Positions 32,800 to 41,399 of a stretch of DNA of 42,688 nt are shown piece after piece (the first letter of the stretch is position 1; each line of letters starts with the position of its first letter). The translations under genes and the position numbers were made by a program. A model generated the notes under the pieces. The model was not told where the DNA came from, searched no databases, and saw only the letters and a program-made list of their open reading frames with translations. The stretch covers positions 1 to 42,688 of the forward strand of contig JBBTVL010000015.1 in the NCBI GenBank assembly GCA_038063255.1, written 5' to 3'. The DNA comes from Patescibacteria group bacterium. GTDB lineage: Bacteria; Patescibacteriota; Minisyncoccia; Phycocordibacterales; VMEP01.

Positions 32800-33585
32800 A
32801 TGGACAACAAAAAGGACAATTCTGATGTTAAAGGACAACAAAAAGAAGCCGTTGTTAACAACTCTTTAGTTAATCTTTTTGATGTTGATTCAATTATAAA
32901 AAAGACCCAAAAGATATCAACTGCAACATATCTTCTGACAGAGCACATTGAAGTAAGCGACCCGGTTCGCGGCCGTACGCGCGAATGCGCCATTATTATT
33001 TTAAAGGACATATATGCGTCTTCCCATGGGAGCGCTCACAAGGATAAACGCGATCGACTGACTCGGCTGGCCCAAATGATTGAAGAGATGATTGTCCTTT
33101 TTGAAATCATGTTGCTTGCCAAAATGGTTTCGGAAAACAATCACGCCATTATGCGCCAAGAACTTGTCTCTCTAAAAGAAATGACGCTTAAAGGAGGTAT
33201 GGCATTAGACAGCCATATAGTATTTCCCGAAAAGCTTTTTGAAGAATTGGAAATATCGCTTAAAAAAAGGGACAATATTTTGATAGGAGAAGAGGGAGGT
33301 ATCCATAAAGGACAAAACGATAATGTCCTTTATGGGCGCAGTAGCCGTTCCTCTGTCGGACATGCGATGTCCGACAAGGGGGGTCCAAGCGAGAACAAAG
33401 GAAATCGCCGTCTCCACATATTGAAATTAATCAGAAAAAACAAGGATTTGGGCATAAAAAATATATATAACTCGTTTACCGGGGTAAGCGAAAAGACCAT
33501 TCAAAGAGAGCTTACAAAGATGGTTAATGACAAGGTTATTGTAAGAAAAGGCGATAAACGCTGGAGCAGATATTCGCTGGCCTAG
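32800..33585 (+). CDS. Hypothetical protein with a C-terminal DeoR-like winged HTH (261 aa)
   Basis: I chose ATG 32800, downstream of the predicted promoter. The C-terminus HILKLIRKNKDLGIKNIYNSFTGVSEKTIQRELTKMVNDKVIVRKG resembles an HTH. Confidence 0.55.
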   Translation: MDNKKDNSDVKGQQKEAVVNNSLVNLFDVDSIIKKTQKISTATYLLTEHIEVSDPVRGRTRECAIIILKDIYASSHGSAHKDKRDRLTRLAQMIEEMIVLFEIMLLAKMVSENNHAIMRQELVSLKEMTLKGGMALDSHIVFPEKLFEELEISLKKRDNILIGEEGGIHKGQNDNVLYGRSSRSSVGHAMSDKGGPSENKGNRRLHILKLIRKNKDLGIKNIYNSFTGVSEKTIQRELTKMVNDKVIVRKGDKRWSRYSLA

Positions 33586-33916
33586 GGGTTCCCCCCTGTT
33601 TTCCTTTTCTCTTCCCCGTTGTCGGTAGTTGGTTGTTGGTACCCCTTCCAATTATTGACTTGAATAGTTACTTATGCGAAGATAACCCTACGCGATAAAG
33701 GCGTAAAAGGTGCTTTCAATGCCGCTCGGACGCTGTGTGAGTGATTACACTCCCACGCGCTCCTCGCTCGTTGAAATGACCATGAAATTACAAGCTTTTT
33801 TTAAAAAGCTTGTCCCGTGGTTATCCACATATAGCGTTTTAGGGAGAATCCCTAAATGCTATATAATGTACCCAGTTAGCATAAAGCGTTTCGCGCATTA
33901 TGTTATACTGTTTTTA

Positions 33917-34009
33917 GGCTAAAACAATTTCTATGTAGGAAATTGTTCGCCCTAGGGCGACGGGTACACCCGGGCTAGCCCGAACATTTGCTTCGCAAAT
34001 GTTTTAGGG
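33917..34009 (+). repeat. Multi-hairpin repeat, copy B
   Basis: GGCTAAA-acaatttcc/ggaaattgt-TCGCCC-[three extra mini-hairpins]-GA-acatttgc/gcaaatgt-TTTAGGG. Confidence 0.55.
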
Positions 34010-34410
34010 TCATTTTCCTAACATTTTTTGTGTTAGAAAATAGTGTGTAAGTCGGTTTCACTAGTCGGGTGAGCCGGAAGACACAGGAGAGCTCGTTGAC
34101 AACAGAATAACGAAACAGTATCAGTTTTTTCCGAATGGTTTCCATGTATAAAGTTAGAGAGACGATAGTTATCAGTCAGCACTGAGGCCAGCAATCGAGC
34201 GTGAGCGAGGGAGTACTGAGCTCAACAGAGCGAATGTGTAGGCCGAATGTGTTCCAATTTTGTCAGCTAATTCTCCGCTTAAGGGCGGAGGGTAAGTTTG
34301 TAATATCACACGGCGAGTTAGCGATGTCGAAGCTAATGATTAAGTTGTGTGGTGTTCCGTTTCCATATAACAGTGGTTACGGAATTAAAGTTAGTTATTA
34401 AATAAAAATT

Positions 34411-37400
34411 ATGAGTATAACGCAATCAAAAGTAACAGGATTGCTTGTGTTCGTAGCTGTGCTGGCTATTGCAATGTTTGCATTAGTGGCTCTGGCTCCG
34501 ACCGTACAAGCAGCCACCTTTTCGACCAACCTCAAGCAAGGAAGCACTGGTAGCGATGTGATGGAGCTACAAAAAGCTCTTAACACAAACGCGGCTACAC
34601 AGGTTTCCACTTCTGGCGCGGGTTCTCCGGGAAGCGAGTCAAGCTACTTTGGCGCAAAAACCAAGGCGGCGGTGATTAAATTCCAGGAGCTCTACGCATC
34701 AGAAATTCTTGCTCCGATTGGTCTCACATCGGGAACAGGCTTCGTGGGAGCTATGACCAGAGCAAAATTGAATGCTATGGGTGGCGGAACCACAGGCTCT
34801 ACTTCTACGGTGCCGGGTTGTACATCAACTGCCGGCTTTAGCCCAACAACGGGTCAGAAGTGCGATAGCACAGTTACGACAGTTCCAGTAGCAGGTGGAG
34901 CTCTTTCAGTATTAGGAGCGACACAGCCGGCTAACGGCCTCTTGGTTCAGAGCGCATCACGCGTTCCGTTCACCAGAGTTACCCTTACAGCAGGTTCAAA
35001 CGATGTAACTGTAACCGGCATCACGGTTGAGCGCGGAGGCGCCGCAGTTGATTCTGTTTTCTCGGGAGTAGTTCTCTTGGATGAAGACGGCTCGCAACTC
35101 GGTATTGCCAAGACCTTCAATTCAAATCACCAGGCAATAGTCGGTGACGCGTTCACGGTTAAGGCCGGGACTTCAAAGACAATGACAATCGCAGGTAACT
35201 CGGCGGCTGACAATAGTACGAAAGCAGGCCAAGTTGTTGCTATTAATGTCATCGCAGTAAACACCAGTGGCACTGTGTCAGGTTCGCTCCCAATCTCGGG
35301 CGCGATGCACACAGTCAACTCTTCGCTCACTATAGGTACAGTGACGAATGCGGTTTCGTCTTTTGACCCAAATTCAACACAGTCCAAAGAAATCGGCACG
35401 ACGAATTTCAAGTTCGCTGGTATCCGCATAACAGCCGGTTCAGCAGAACAAATTCGCCTAAAGTCAATTCGTTGGAACCAAGTTGGTTCAGTTGGCTCGG
35501 GTGACCTTGCCAATATGAAGACTTATTTTGACGGTGTGGCCTACGATGCAGTCGCATCAGCAGACGGCAAATACTACACATCCCTCTTCGGTTCGGGCAT
35601 CGTTATTGACAAAGGTCTCGGTAAGGATATTTATATCCAGGGAGATATTGTCGGTTCCGGGGCCGCAGGACGCACAGTCGAGTTTGACATCTACAAGAAT
35701 ACCGATGTCTATATGACTGGCGAAACCTATGGTTATGGAATAACGCCTCCAGTAGGTTCAGGCACAGCTAGCACTGCAACTTCAGAATTCCTAGCCGGGA
35801 CCCCTTGGTTTAGTGGTTCCCGTCAGGATGTTTCAGCAGGTTCGGTAACCACGGTTTCAAAGGCAACGACAGTTGCCGCGCAGAACATCGCGGTTAATGT
35901 TCCTGGCCAAATACTCGGCGGATATGAAATTGACCTCAAAGGTGAGCCGATTTCTATTCAGTCGCATGTATTCACTGTTGCTTCAACCACTCCATCTGGA
36001 GTTGGAACGGTAGTAAGTGTTCTAACTAGTATTTCTCTCTATGGTCCTAACGGTAATGTTGTTGCAGGTCCGGTTGACGCAGTAGCAGCCACCACTGGCG
36101 GTAGCAAAGAACAGACAGTCACTTTCACAGACACAGTAACTTATCCTATTGGTAAGGGTGTCTACACTCTTAAGGGTAAGGTTCCATCCAGCATTGGTAA
36201 TGGTTCAACTTACATTGTTTCAACCACTCCTTCAACGCAGTGGACGACTGTAACTGGTCAAACGACTGGCAACACAATCAGTCTGTCAACGCTTTCAACC
36301 GCGGTGACTATGAACACCATGACGGTTGGGGCAGCTTCATTGGCGATTACAGTTTCCGCTTCACCTTCAGCCCAGACAATCACTTCAGGTACAGGCAAGC
36401 TTTTTGCCAACTACCAATTTGATGCCTCGCAGTCAGGTGAGGATGTCAGGTTCTCGTCTATTCCGCTTAGATTTACTTTTGCTGGTAGCGCAGCAGTTAC
36501 CAGCGCCACGGCTTGTCAGTTATATGACGGCGCAACCCCTCTTAACACCGGTTCAAATGTTGTAAACGCAGCAGGCGCAACCGATGCTAATAACACATTT
36601 ACACTTGACCAACCGCTCACTGTTACAAAAGGCACAGTGAAAACGATTGCCTTGAAGTGTAATTTGGCTAACACGGCAACCGGCAACACATTCTCATGGG
36701 GTATTGCTACAGCTCCGTCAATCACGGTAACTGGAGTAACTTCAGGAAATGATGTTACGGAGACGATAACGGCATCAGTTGGTCCTACACAGACAATTGG
36801 CGCAGGAGCTCTCACTGTAACCAAAGATGCTTCAAGTCCTTCGTACGCAGTTGTTGCCGGCGGGACAAGCGGAGTTACTATGGGCTCGCTTAGATTCCAC
36901 GCTACCAACGAAGCAATCAACCTTACTAAAGTAGCTCTCCAGCTTACAAATGGTGCTTCAAGCTCGCCAGCCAGCTTGGTACAGGTATCACTGTGGGATG
37001 GCGCAACGCCAGTTGGTACAGCTACCTTCACAGGTAACAACATAAACGCAACATCGACTATTTCCGCATTCCAAGTTCCTAAAGATGGTGACAAGATTAT
37101 GACCATCAAGGTTGACCTTGGGGCTATCGGCGTAAGTTCTGCCACAAGCTCGTCTGGAGCACTCGTTGCAGTTGATTACAACGGCACTGATTCAACAGGC
37201 ACGCAAGGTACAGGTGTTGACTCTGGAACAACAATTTCTCAGGGCTCATCATCTGACACAGCCATGGACGGTGTTCGCGTCATGAAGTCGTATCCAACGG
37301 TTGCTAGAATCGCTCTTTCATCTGCAACTCTTATTGCACAAGCTGGGATCGATCTATATCGCTTCTCAGTTACCGCAAATTCATCAGGCGATGTTGCCTT

Positions 37401-37884
37401 AAACAAAGTGGTTATCAACATAGCTACCTCTTCGGCTTCAACTCCGAATGGTACGACTACAGTTACTAATCTTCTTGTTAAGGCGTACACAGATTCAGGG
37501 TTCTCAAGTGTAGTCCCTGGATTCACTGATGGACAAGTTGTAACGACACTCGCGGGTGTTGCCGACGGCAACAATACCGCAGCGTTCTCGTCAGTTCTTA
37601 CTATTCCTGCCGGTGCCACTCGCTACTTTAGGGTAGTAGGTAGCATTACGCAGGTAGCAGGAACGACTGGCTCTGCAGGTACCGTGACAACCAAGATTTC
37701 AGGCGATACGTCTTATCCATCGCTCTCGTCCCTCATGGGCCAGTACGCGACCGGTGTAGGCAACTTTGTTTGGTCTCCGGTGTCTACGACTACGGCAGCA
37801 ACAACGAACCTCGACTGGACGAACGGATACCAGATTTCTGGTCTTCCTTCGGGCGGTATGGACTCGTTCACGCTGACGAAGTAA
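34411..37884 (+). CDS. Giant secreted/cell-surface protein with an N-terminal peptidoglycan-binding domain
   Basis: 1157 aa. Signal/TM sequence (LLVFVAVLAIAMFALVALAPTVQA), a PG_binding_1-like segment (GSTGSDVMELQKALN...KAAVIKFQ), a CTSTAGFSPTTGQKC loop, then a T/S/G/V-rich beta-repeat body. Confidence 0.75.
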   Translation: MSITQSKVTGLLVFVAVLAIAMFALVALAPTVQAATFSTNLKQGSTGSDVMELQKALNTNAATQVSTSGAGSPGSESSYFGAKTKAAVIKFQELYASEILAPIGLTSGTGFVGAMTRAKLNAMGGGTTGSTSTVPGCTSTAGFSPTTGQKCDSTVTTVPVAGGALSVLGATQPANGLLVQSASRVPFTRVTLTAGSNDVTVTGITVERGGAAVDSVFSGVVLLDEDGSQLGIAKTFNSNHQAIVGDAFTVKAGTSKTMTIAGNSAADNSTKAGQVVAINVIAVNTSGTVSGSLPISGAMHTVNSSLTIGTVTNAVSSFDPNSTQSKEIGTTNFKFAGIRITAGSAEQIRLKSIRWNQVGSVGSGDLANMKTYFDGVAYDAVASADGKYYTSLFGSGIVIDKGLGKDIYIQGDIVGSGAAGRTVEFDIYKNTDVYMTGETYGYGITPPVGSGTASTATSEFLAGTPWFSGSRQDVSAGSVTTVSKATTVAAQNIAVNVPGQILGGYEIDLKGEPISIQSHVFTVASTTPSGVGTVVSVLTSISLYGPNGNVVAGPVDAVAATTGGSKEQTVTFTDTVTYPIGKGVYTLKGKVPSSIGNGSTYIVSTTPSTQWTTVTGQTTGNTISLSTLSTAVTMNTMTVGAASLAITVSASPSAQTITSGTGKLFANYQFDASQSGEDVRFSSIPLRFTFAGSAAVTSATACQLYDGATPLNTGSNVVNAAGATDANNTFTLDQPLTVTKGTVKTIALKCNLANTATGNTFSWGIATAPSITVTGVTSGNDVTETITASVGPTQTIGAGALTVTKDASSPSYAVVAGGTSGVTMGSLRFHATNEAINLTKVALQLTNGASSSPASLVQVSLWDGATPVGTATFTGNNINATSTISAFQVPKDGDKIMTIKVDLGAIGVSSATSSSGALVAVDYNGTDSTGTQGTGVDSGTTISQGSSSDTAMDGVRVMKSYPTVARIALSSATLIAQAGIDLYRFSVTANSSGDVALNKVVINIATSSASTPNGTTTVTNLLVKAYTDSGFSSVVPGFTDGQVVTTLAGVADGNNTAAFSSVLTIPAGATRYFRVVGSITQVAGTTGSAGTVTTKISGDTSYPSLSSLMGQYATGVGNFVWSPVSTTTAATTNLDWTNGYQISGLPSGGMDSFTLTK

Positions 37885-38004
37885 ACACGAAATTAAGCTA
37901 ACCTAGTATCTTTTTGGGAGCCGAGCTTCCAACTTGTGAAAAGATACTCAGGTGATTCACTAAAAGTTTTGTTTCTAGAACCAAACTAAATGTGGATAGC
38001 TGGC

Positions 38005-38037
38005 AAAAACCCCTCTTACGAGGGGTTTTTGTTTTTT
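38005..38037 (+). terminator. Intrinsic terminator after the surface-protein gene
   Basis: aaaaacccctc-ttac-gaggggttttt followed by gtttttt. Confidence 0.8.
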
Positions 38038-38159
38038 GTTCATTATCCAATGCAAAGCATTGGCTTAGTGGATAAAAAACAAAAACGGCCGGAGGCGCGG
38101 GACCCAGTTAACTGGGACGCCGAGGCGGGTGAGGCGCGAGACCCGCAAGCGCCGCAAGA

Positions 38160-38435
38160 CCTTTTGGATTTTTGTTCCAAAAATCCAAAAGGTGTACTGC
38201 TCCTGTAAGGAGAGCGAACGGCCTGTTTTTCTTAGGCCGATTTGTGGGGTTTGTTTTGCCCAATTTCCCCCGAGGTTAAACCTATGGGAGAATTTAAACA
38301 CTTGGAAGTCGAACTTCCAAGTCGACAAGATTGAACCTTTTCCTCCCACTTGGAGGTTTCGCTTCCAAGTGGGAGGAAAAGAATCTAAACTCCCCTAGGT
38401 TGGACCTAAAACACTTGGAAACCTGGTTTCCAAGT
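38160..38435. repeat. Array of four TTGGA/TCCAA-core palindromes (three of the CACTTGG family)
   Basis: 38160-38192 has a 14-bp stem, 38300-38322 a 10-bp stem, 38338-38380 a 19-bp stem with one G:T, and 38413-38435 has 11-bp arms. Confidence 0.75.
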
Positions 38436-38446
38436 TGGTCATAAAA

Positions 38447-38475
38447 TTGCAAATGGCATGCTTTTTAGCTAGAAT
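38447..38475 (+). promoter_or_regulatory. Sigma70-like promoter TTGCAA-17-TAGAAT for the TPR gene
   Basis: TTGCAA at 38447-38452 and TAGAAT at 38470-38475. ATG at 38482, so the leader is very short or absent. Confidence 0.55.
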
Positions 38476-38481
38476 CTTTTC

Positions 38482-39273
38482 ATGTCTTCGTTTTTTTCTA
38501 AACAAATCATCTTTGTATTGGTGTTCATATTAATTGCGGTTGGCGCCATATTTGTTTTGCCGAAAAAGGCCGAAACACCTACAACCATAAAAGAGGTGAA
38601 AACGGAGGATGCCACTATAAAAGGAACGGGGGATTTCACCATAGAGCAAATACCTATTGAAAATATTCCTAAGGCACCCTCGCTTGACCGACCAGTCTAT
38701 TTCAATGCCAATCTGTCGGAAGAGGTTAAGAAAATTTTAACGGATAGAATTTCGGCCGATATTGCGATGCTCAAGAAAAATATTGGCGATATTGAAACTT
38801 GGATTCTACTCGGCGCGGATTATAAAGCTGCTGGAGATTACGGCGGCGCGCGACTTGCGTGGGAATATGCAAACGCTATCCGCCCCGCAAATTATGTTTC
38901 ATTCAGTAATTTAGGAGATTTGTGCCATTTTTATTTAAAAGATTATCCGTGCGCCGAGAAAAATCTTCTTATTTCAATAAAAAATGAACCTGCTTATATC
39001 GCTGGGTACCGCGCGCTTTATGATTTATACGCACTGTCATACAAAGAAAAATTCTCTGAAGCTCCAAAGATTCTTTTAAAAGGCCTCGCCGTTAATCCAA
39101 AAAGTGTTGATTTGATGATACTTCTGGCGCAGTATTATCGTGATACCGGCGACAAGGGAAACGCGCTTTTGTACTACGACAAAGCCATTGCCCTGCTCAC
39201 CACGGCGGGCGACACCGCCCGCCTTGAAGCCGTGAAATCCGACCGCACCGCCTTAATCCCACTAACCCCCTAA
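38482..39273 (+). CDS. TPR-repeat protein with an N-terminal membrane anchor
   Basis: 263 aa. TM segment IIFVLVFILIAVGAIFVL, then W..LG..Y...GDY..A...Y..A-type repeats. Confidence 0.7.
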   Translation: MSSFFSKQIIFVLVFILIAVGAIFVLPKKAETPTTIKEVKTEDATIKGTGDFTIEQIPIENIPKAPSLDRPVYFNANLSEEVKKILTDRISADIAMLKKNIGDIETWILLGADYKAAGDYGGARLAWEYANAIRPANYVSFSNLGDLCHFYLKDYPCAEKNLLISIKNEPAYIAGYRALYDLYALSYKEKFSEAPKILLKGLAVNPKSVDLMILLAQYYRDTGDKGNALLYYDKAIALLTTAGDTARLEAVKSDRTALIPLTP

Positions 39274-39325
39274 GGGATGCCTTAGGTATAATAAACACAT
39301 AAGAATGCCTTAGGTATAAAAAATA

Positions 39326-39466
39326 ATGTTCAATAATTTTCTAAAATTTTTTATCGGCTTCACCCTTCTCATAATTTTGGGCATTAGTGCCCTGGCTTTA
39401 ACCTCCTACTCTGCCCCGTATCTAAAAGACATCAAAGCCACCATTCTCCAAGCATTCAGTAAATAA
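39326..39466 (+). CDS. Possible 46-aa membrane peptide (not in the ORF track)
   Basis: Translates to MFNNFLKFFIGFTLLIILGISALALTSYSAPYLKDIKATILQAFSK*. Preceded by the duplicated atgccttaggtataa motif. Speculative. Confidence 0.3.
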   Translation: MFNNFLKFFIGFTLLIILGISALALTSYSAPYLKDIKATILQAFSK

Positions 39467-39606
39467 AAGCGACTTGGAGATGAAACCCCCAAGTTAGTCA
39501 ATAATACTTGCGGTTTTTTTGGTGGAGGTATAAAATTAATTTGGGTGGAGATTGTCGTAGGGATGCGACAATTTCTTTTTTGTTGTTTTTAACAGGGGGA
39601 CCATAC

Positions 39607-40089
39607 ATGGACCGTATTGGAATGCATGCGCTTGCGACTTCGGCAGGCAGAATCGCGCAAGGCGTTTCCCGGCGGAAAGCCGAAGAGAAATTCAGGCCAC
39701 CGCAGCAGCAGGCAATTGGTGGCCTCGATTCAATCGACTTTCTTCCAGTAAGGGGGACTTGGCGGCTTGAAATAGATACGGCTTGCCTTAGGTCGCAGAT
39801 TGATGAAGTCTCGGCGATCAAGGTGGACACTTTCCATGTTCGCATCTGCAAAGTCTGTTCCAGGGAGCTTTGGCAGATTTTTGTTTCGTTCGGCATCCCT
39901 GAGCGTTTGCGTGCGCAGGTAATCGGTCAGGGAACGAGTAAGACCGATTCCAAGGCGGGCGAATTTCTCAAAATTAGACTCGCCACCACTTCCAACAAGG
40001 AACTCGGGACCATCGTAGTTCCCAAATCACTTCTTTGCCCCTGTGGCAAAATTGGCAAGGCGGTACTAGGTCAGTTCATCAAGCACTAG
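39607..40089 (+). CDS. Hypothetical protein (160 aa, G+C-rich patch)
   Basis: ATG 39607 follows GGGGGA. The plus frame ends just before a terminator hairpin. Strand and frame are uncertain. Confidence 0.4.
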   Translation: MDRIGMHALATSAGRIAQGVSRRKAEEKFRPPQQQAIGGLDSIDFLPVRGTWRLEIDTACLRSQIDEVSAIKVDTFHVRICKVCSRELWQIFVSFGIPERLRAQVIGQGTSKTDSKAGEFLKIRLATTSNKELGTIVVPKSLLCPCGKIGKAVLGQFIKH

Positions 40090-40103
40090 TTACCGCAACT
40101 CTG

Positions 40104-40135
40104 AAAAGCCCCGGCCGCGCGCTTCGGGGTTTTTT
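40104..40135 (+). terminator. Intrinsic terminator
   Basis: gccccg...cggggt followed by tttttt. Confidence 0.6.
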
Positions 40136-40148
40136 CTTTGCCATTCTC

Positions 40149-40157
40149 TGGTATAAT
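40149..40157 (+). promoter_or_regulatory. Extended -10 element TGgTATAAT, 7 nt before ATG 40165 (leaderless-mRNA candidate)
   Basis: Read directly: tg-g-tataat-agcccgc-ATG. Confidence 0.45.
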
Positions 40158-40164
40158 AGCCCGC

Positions 40165-40683
40165 ATGGAAAATAATTTTTTACCCAAGCCGCTTCAAAAC
40201 GAGCAAAATTTATGGAATTTTATTTTTAGCGTTATATTTGCTGTAATCTTACTTCTTATGACTGCGGGGTTGGGCGATATATCCGCCCGTGTTTCCGCCG
40301 TGTCCGCCATTGATTTCTTTATTTTGGTGCTTGCCTCGTTCCGTCTGACTCGCTTATTTATTTATGACAAAATTACTCAATTTGTCCGCGACTTCTTTTT
40401 GGACATTGAAGAATCCCCAAGAGGGAGTGACACTACTGTAAAAATAAAACCTAGGGCAGGTCCGCGTCGCACTATTGCCGATTTACTTGATTGTCCATGG
40501 TGCACCGGCGTCTGGCTTGCCCTCTTTGCCACTTTTTTCTATTTTTACACCCCCTATGCTAAATTTCCACTCCTCGTACTCGCCATCGCCGGTCTGGCTA
40601 CCCTTTTTCAGCTTTTCGCCAATGCTATAGGATGGAAAGCGGAGAATCTAAAAATGGAAGCGCAGGGAAAAGGTAGAAGTTGA
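40165..40683 (+). CDS. DUF1360-like membrane protein
   Basis: 172 aa with 3-4 TM segments. The LLDCPWCTGVWLALF motif (CPxCxxxW) is recalled as typical of DUF1360. Confidence 0.55.
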   Translation: MENNFLPKPLQNEQNLWNFIFSVIFAVILLLMTAGLGDISARVSAVSAIDFFILVLASFRLTRLFIYDKITQFVRDFFLDIEESPRGSDTTVKIKPRAGPRRTIADLLDCPWCTGVWLALFATFFYFYTPYAKFPLLVLAIAGLATLFQLFANAIGWKAENLKMEAQGKGRS

Positions 40684-40761
40684 CATCTCTGCAGGTTCTC
40701 TGTTTTAATGCCCTTGGGAGTTGCTCGATTCCACCTATCTATATTTTGCAGAAGGGGTCAA

Positions 40762-41061
40762 ATGGACTACACGATTAAGCATGCTACGTTCGAAGGGGGC
40801 GAGGAGAGGGAGTTCTTCGAGATATTTGAAGGCAAAACACAGATAGCAGTATCCCCGAAGCTTGAGTATGCGGAGCTCCTTATAAGGGGATTGAAAGTAG
40901 TTGAATATTTGGAGCGAGACGGAATGTCCTCTGTCGGGGAACTTCTAGCCAAAGTTTCAAGGGCCAACGGGGAATCCCAGGCAGTGATTGGGGAGCTTGA
41001 GAATAAGCTCAAAAATATGAAGACCCCGGACGAGTTTTTGAAGGAGCTTTTTGGGGACTAA
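40762..41061 (+). CDS. Hypothetical protein (99 aa, G+C-rich patch)
   Basis: ATG 40762 follows GAAGGGG. A terminator follows the gene. Confidence 0.5.
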   Translation: MDYTIKHATFEGGEEREFFEIFEGKTQIAVSPKLEYAELLIRGLKVVEYLERDGMSSVGELLAKVSRANGESQAVIGELENKLKNMKTPDEFLKELFGD

Positions 41062-41081
41062 GTGACCAGCAGATAATCGAG

Positions 41082-41118
41082 AACCGCCTTGCCCCACTTT
41101 TTGCTCGGCGGTTTTTTT
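41082..41118 (+). terminator. Intrinsic terminator
   Basis: aaccgcc (41082-41088) pairs with ggcggtt (41107-41113), followed by a T-run. Confidence 0.6.
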
Positions 41119-41173
41119 CTTGACTTTTAAATAGTTTTTTAATATCTTTGATATGTAAGCCGTAGAGACGATA

Positions 41174-41258
41174 GGCGGCGCTTCGGCGCCTTAAATAAGT
41201 CCCTAAATTTTTCGCTTTGCGAAAAATCGGGCGACCAATCCTTCGGATTGGTTTAGCC
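41174..41258 (-). repeat. Multi-hairpin repeat, copy C (inverted orientation), in the rplJ upstream region
   Basis: Reverse complement reads GGCTAA-accaatcc/ggattggt-CGCCCGA-tttttcgc/gcgaaaaa-TTTAGGG-...-ggcgcc/ggcgcc hairpin. Confidence 0.55.
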
Positions 41259-41399
41259 TATCCAATGGTCGATTTACCCGTCCCGTTAGGGATTAGGGCT
41301 GATTACACGGCTCCATTAGGAGCTTTTATTGTTTGTAGTTTGAGTTTTATTCTTTTGATTTACTAAAGACTAAAAACTATAAACTAACAACTAATTCAA

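Noticed and set aside
33586-34410. Long spacer as RNase P RNA, tmRNA or SRP RNA, and the 70-aa ORF at 33710-33922
   Set aside because: By eye, neither strand shows GAGGAAAGUCC-type RNase P, tmRNA tag/acceptor or SRP domain-IV consensus strings. The ORF has no start signal and ends inside a repeat element. A computational scan is still needed.
35127-37619. Minus-strand ORFs (128, 209 and 126 aa) and short plus-frame ORFs inside the surface-protein gene
   Set aside because: They are shadow frames of a long, compositionally biased (Thr/Ser/Gly/Val codon) gene.
37990-38398. ORFs of 72, 94 and 89 aa in the spacer after the surface-protein gene
   Set aside because: They overlap one another and consist largely of the terminator and the palindrome array, so they look like artefacts of G+C-rich hairpins.
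39498-39896. 132-aa minus-strand ORF opposite the 39607-40089 gene
   Set aside because: It has no SD or terminator in that orientation, and its Cys/Ser/Pro-rich sequence is implausible. The plus frame has an SD-like GGGGGA and a downstream terminator. Confidence in either frame is low.
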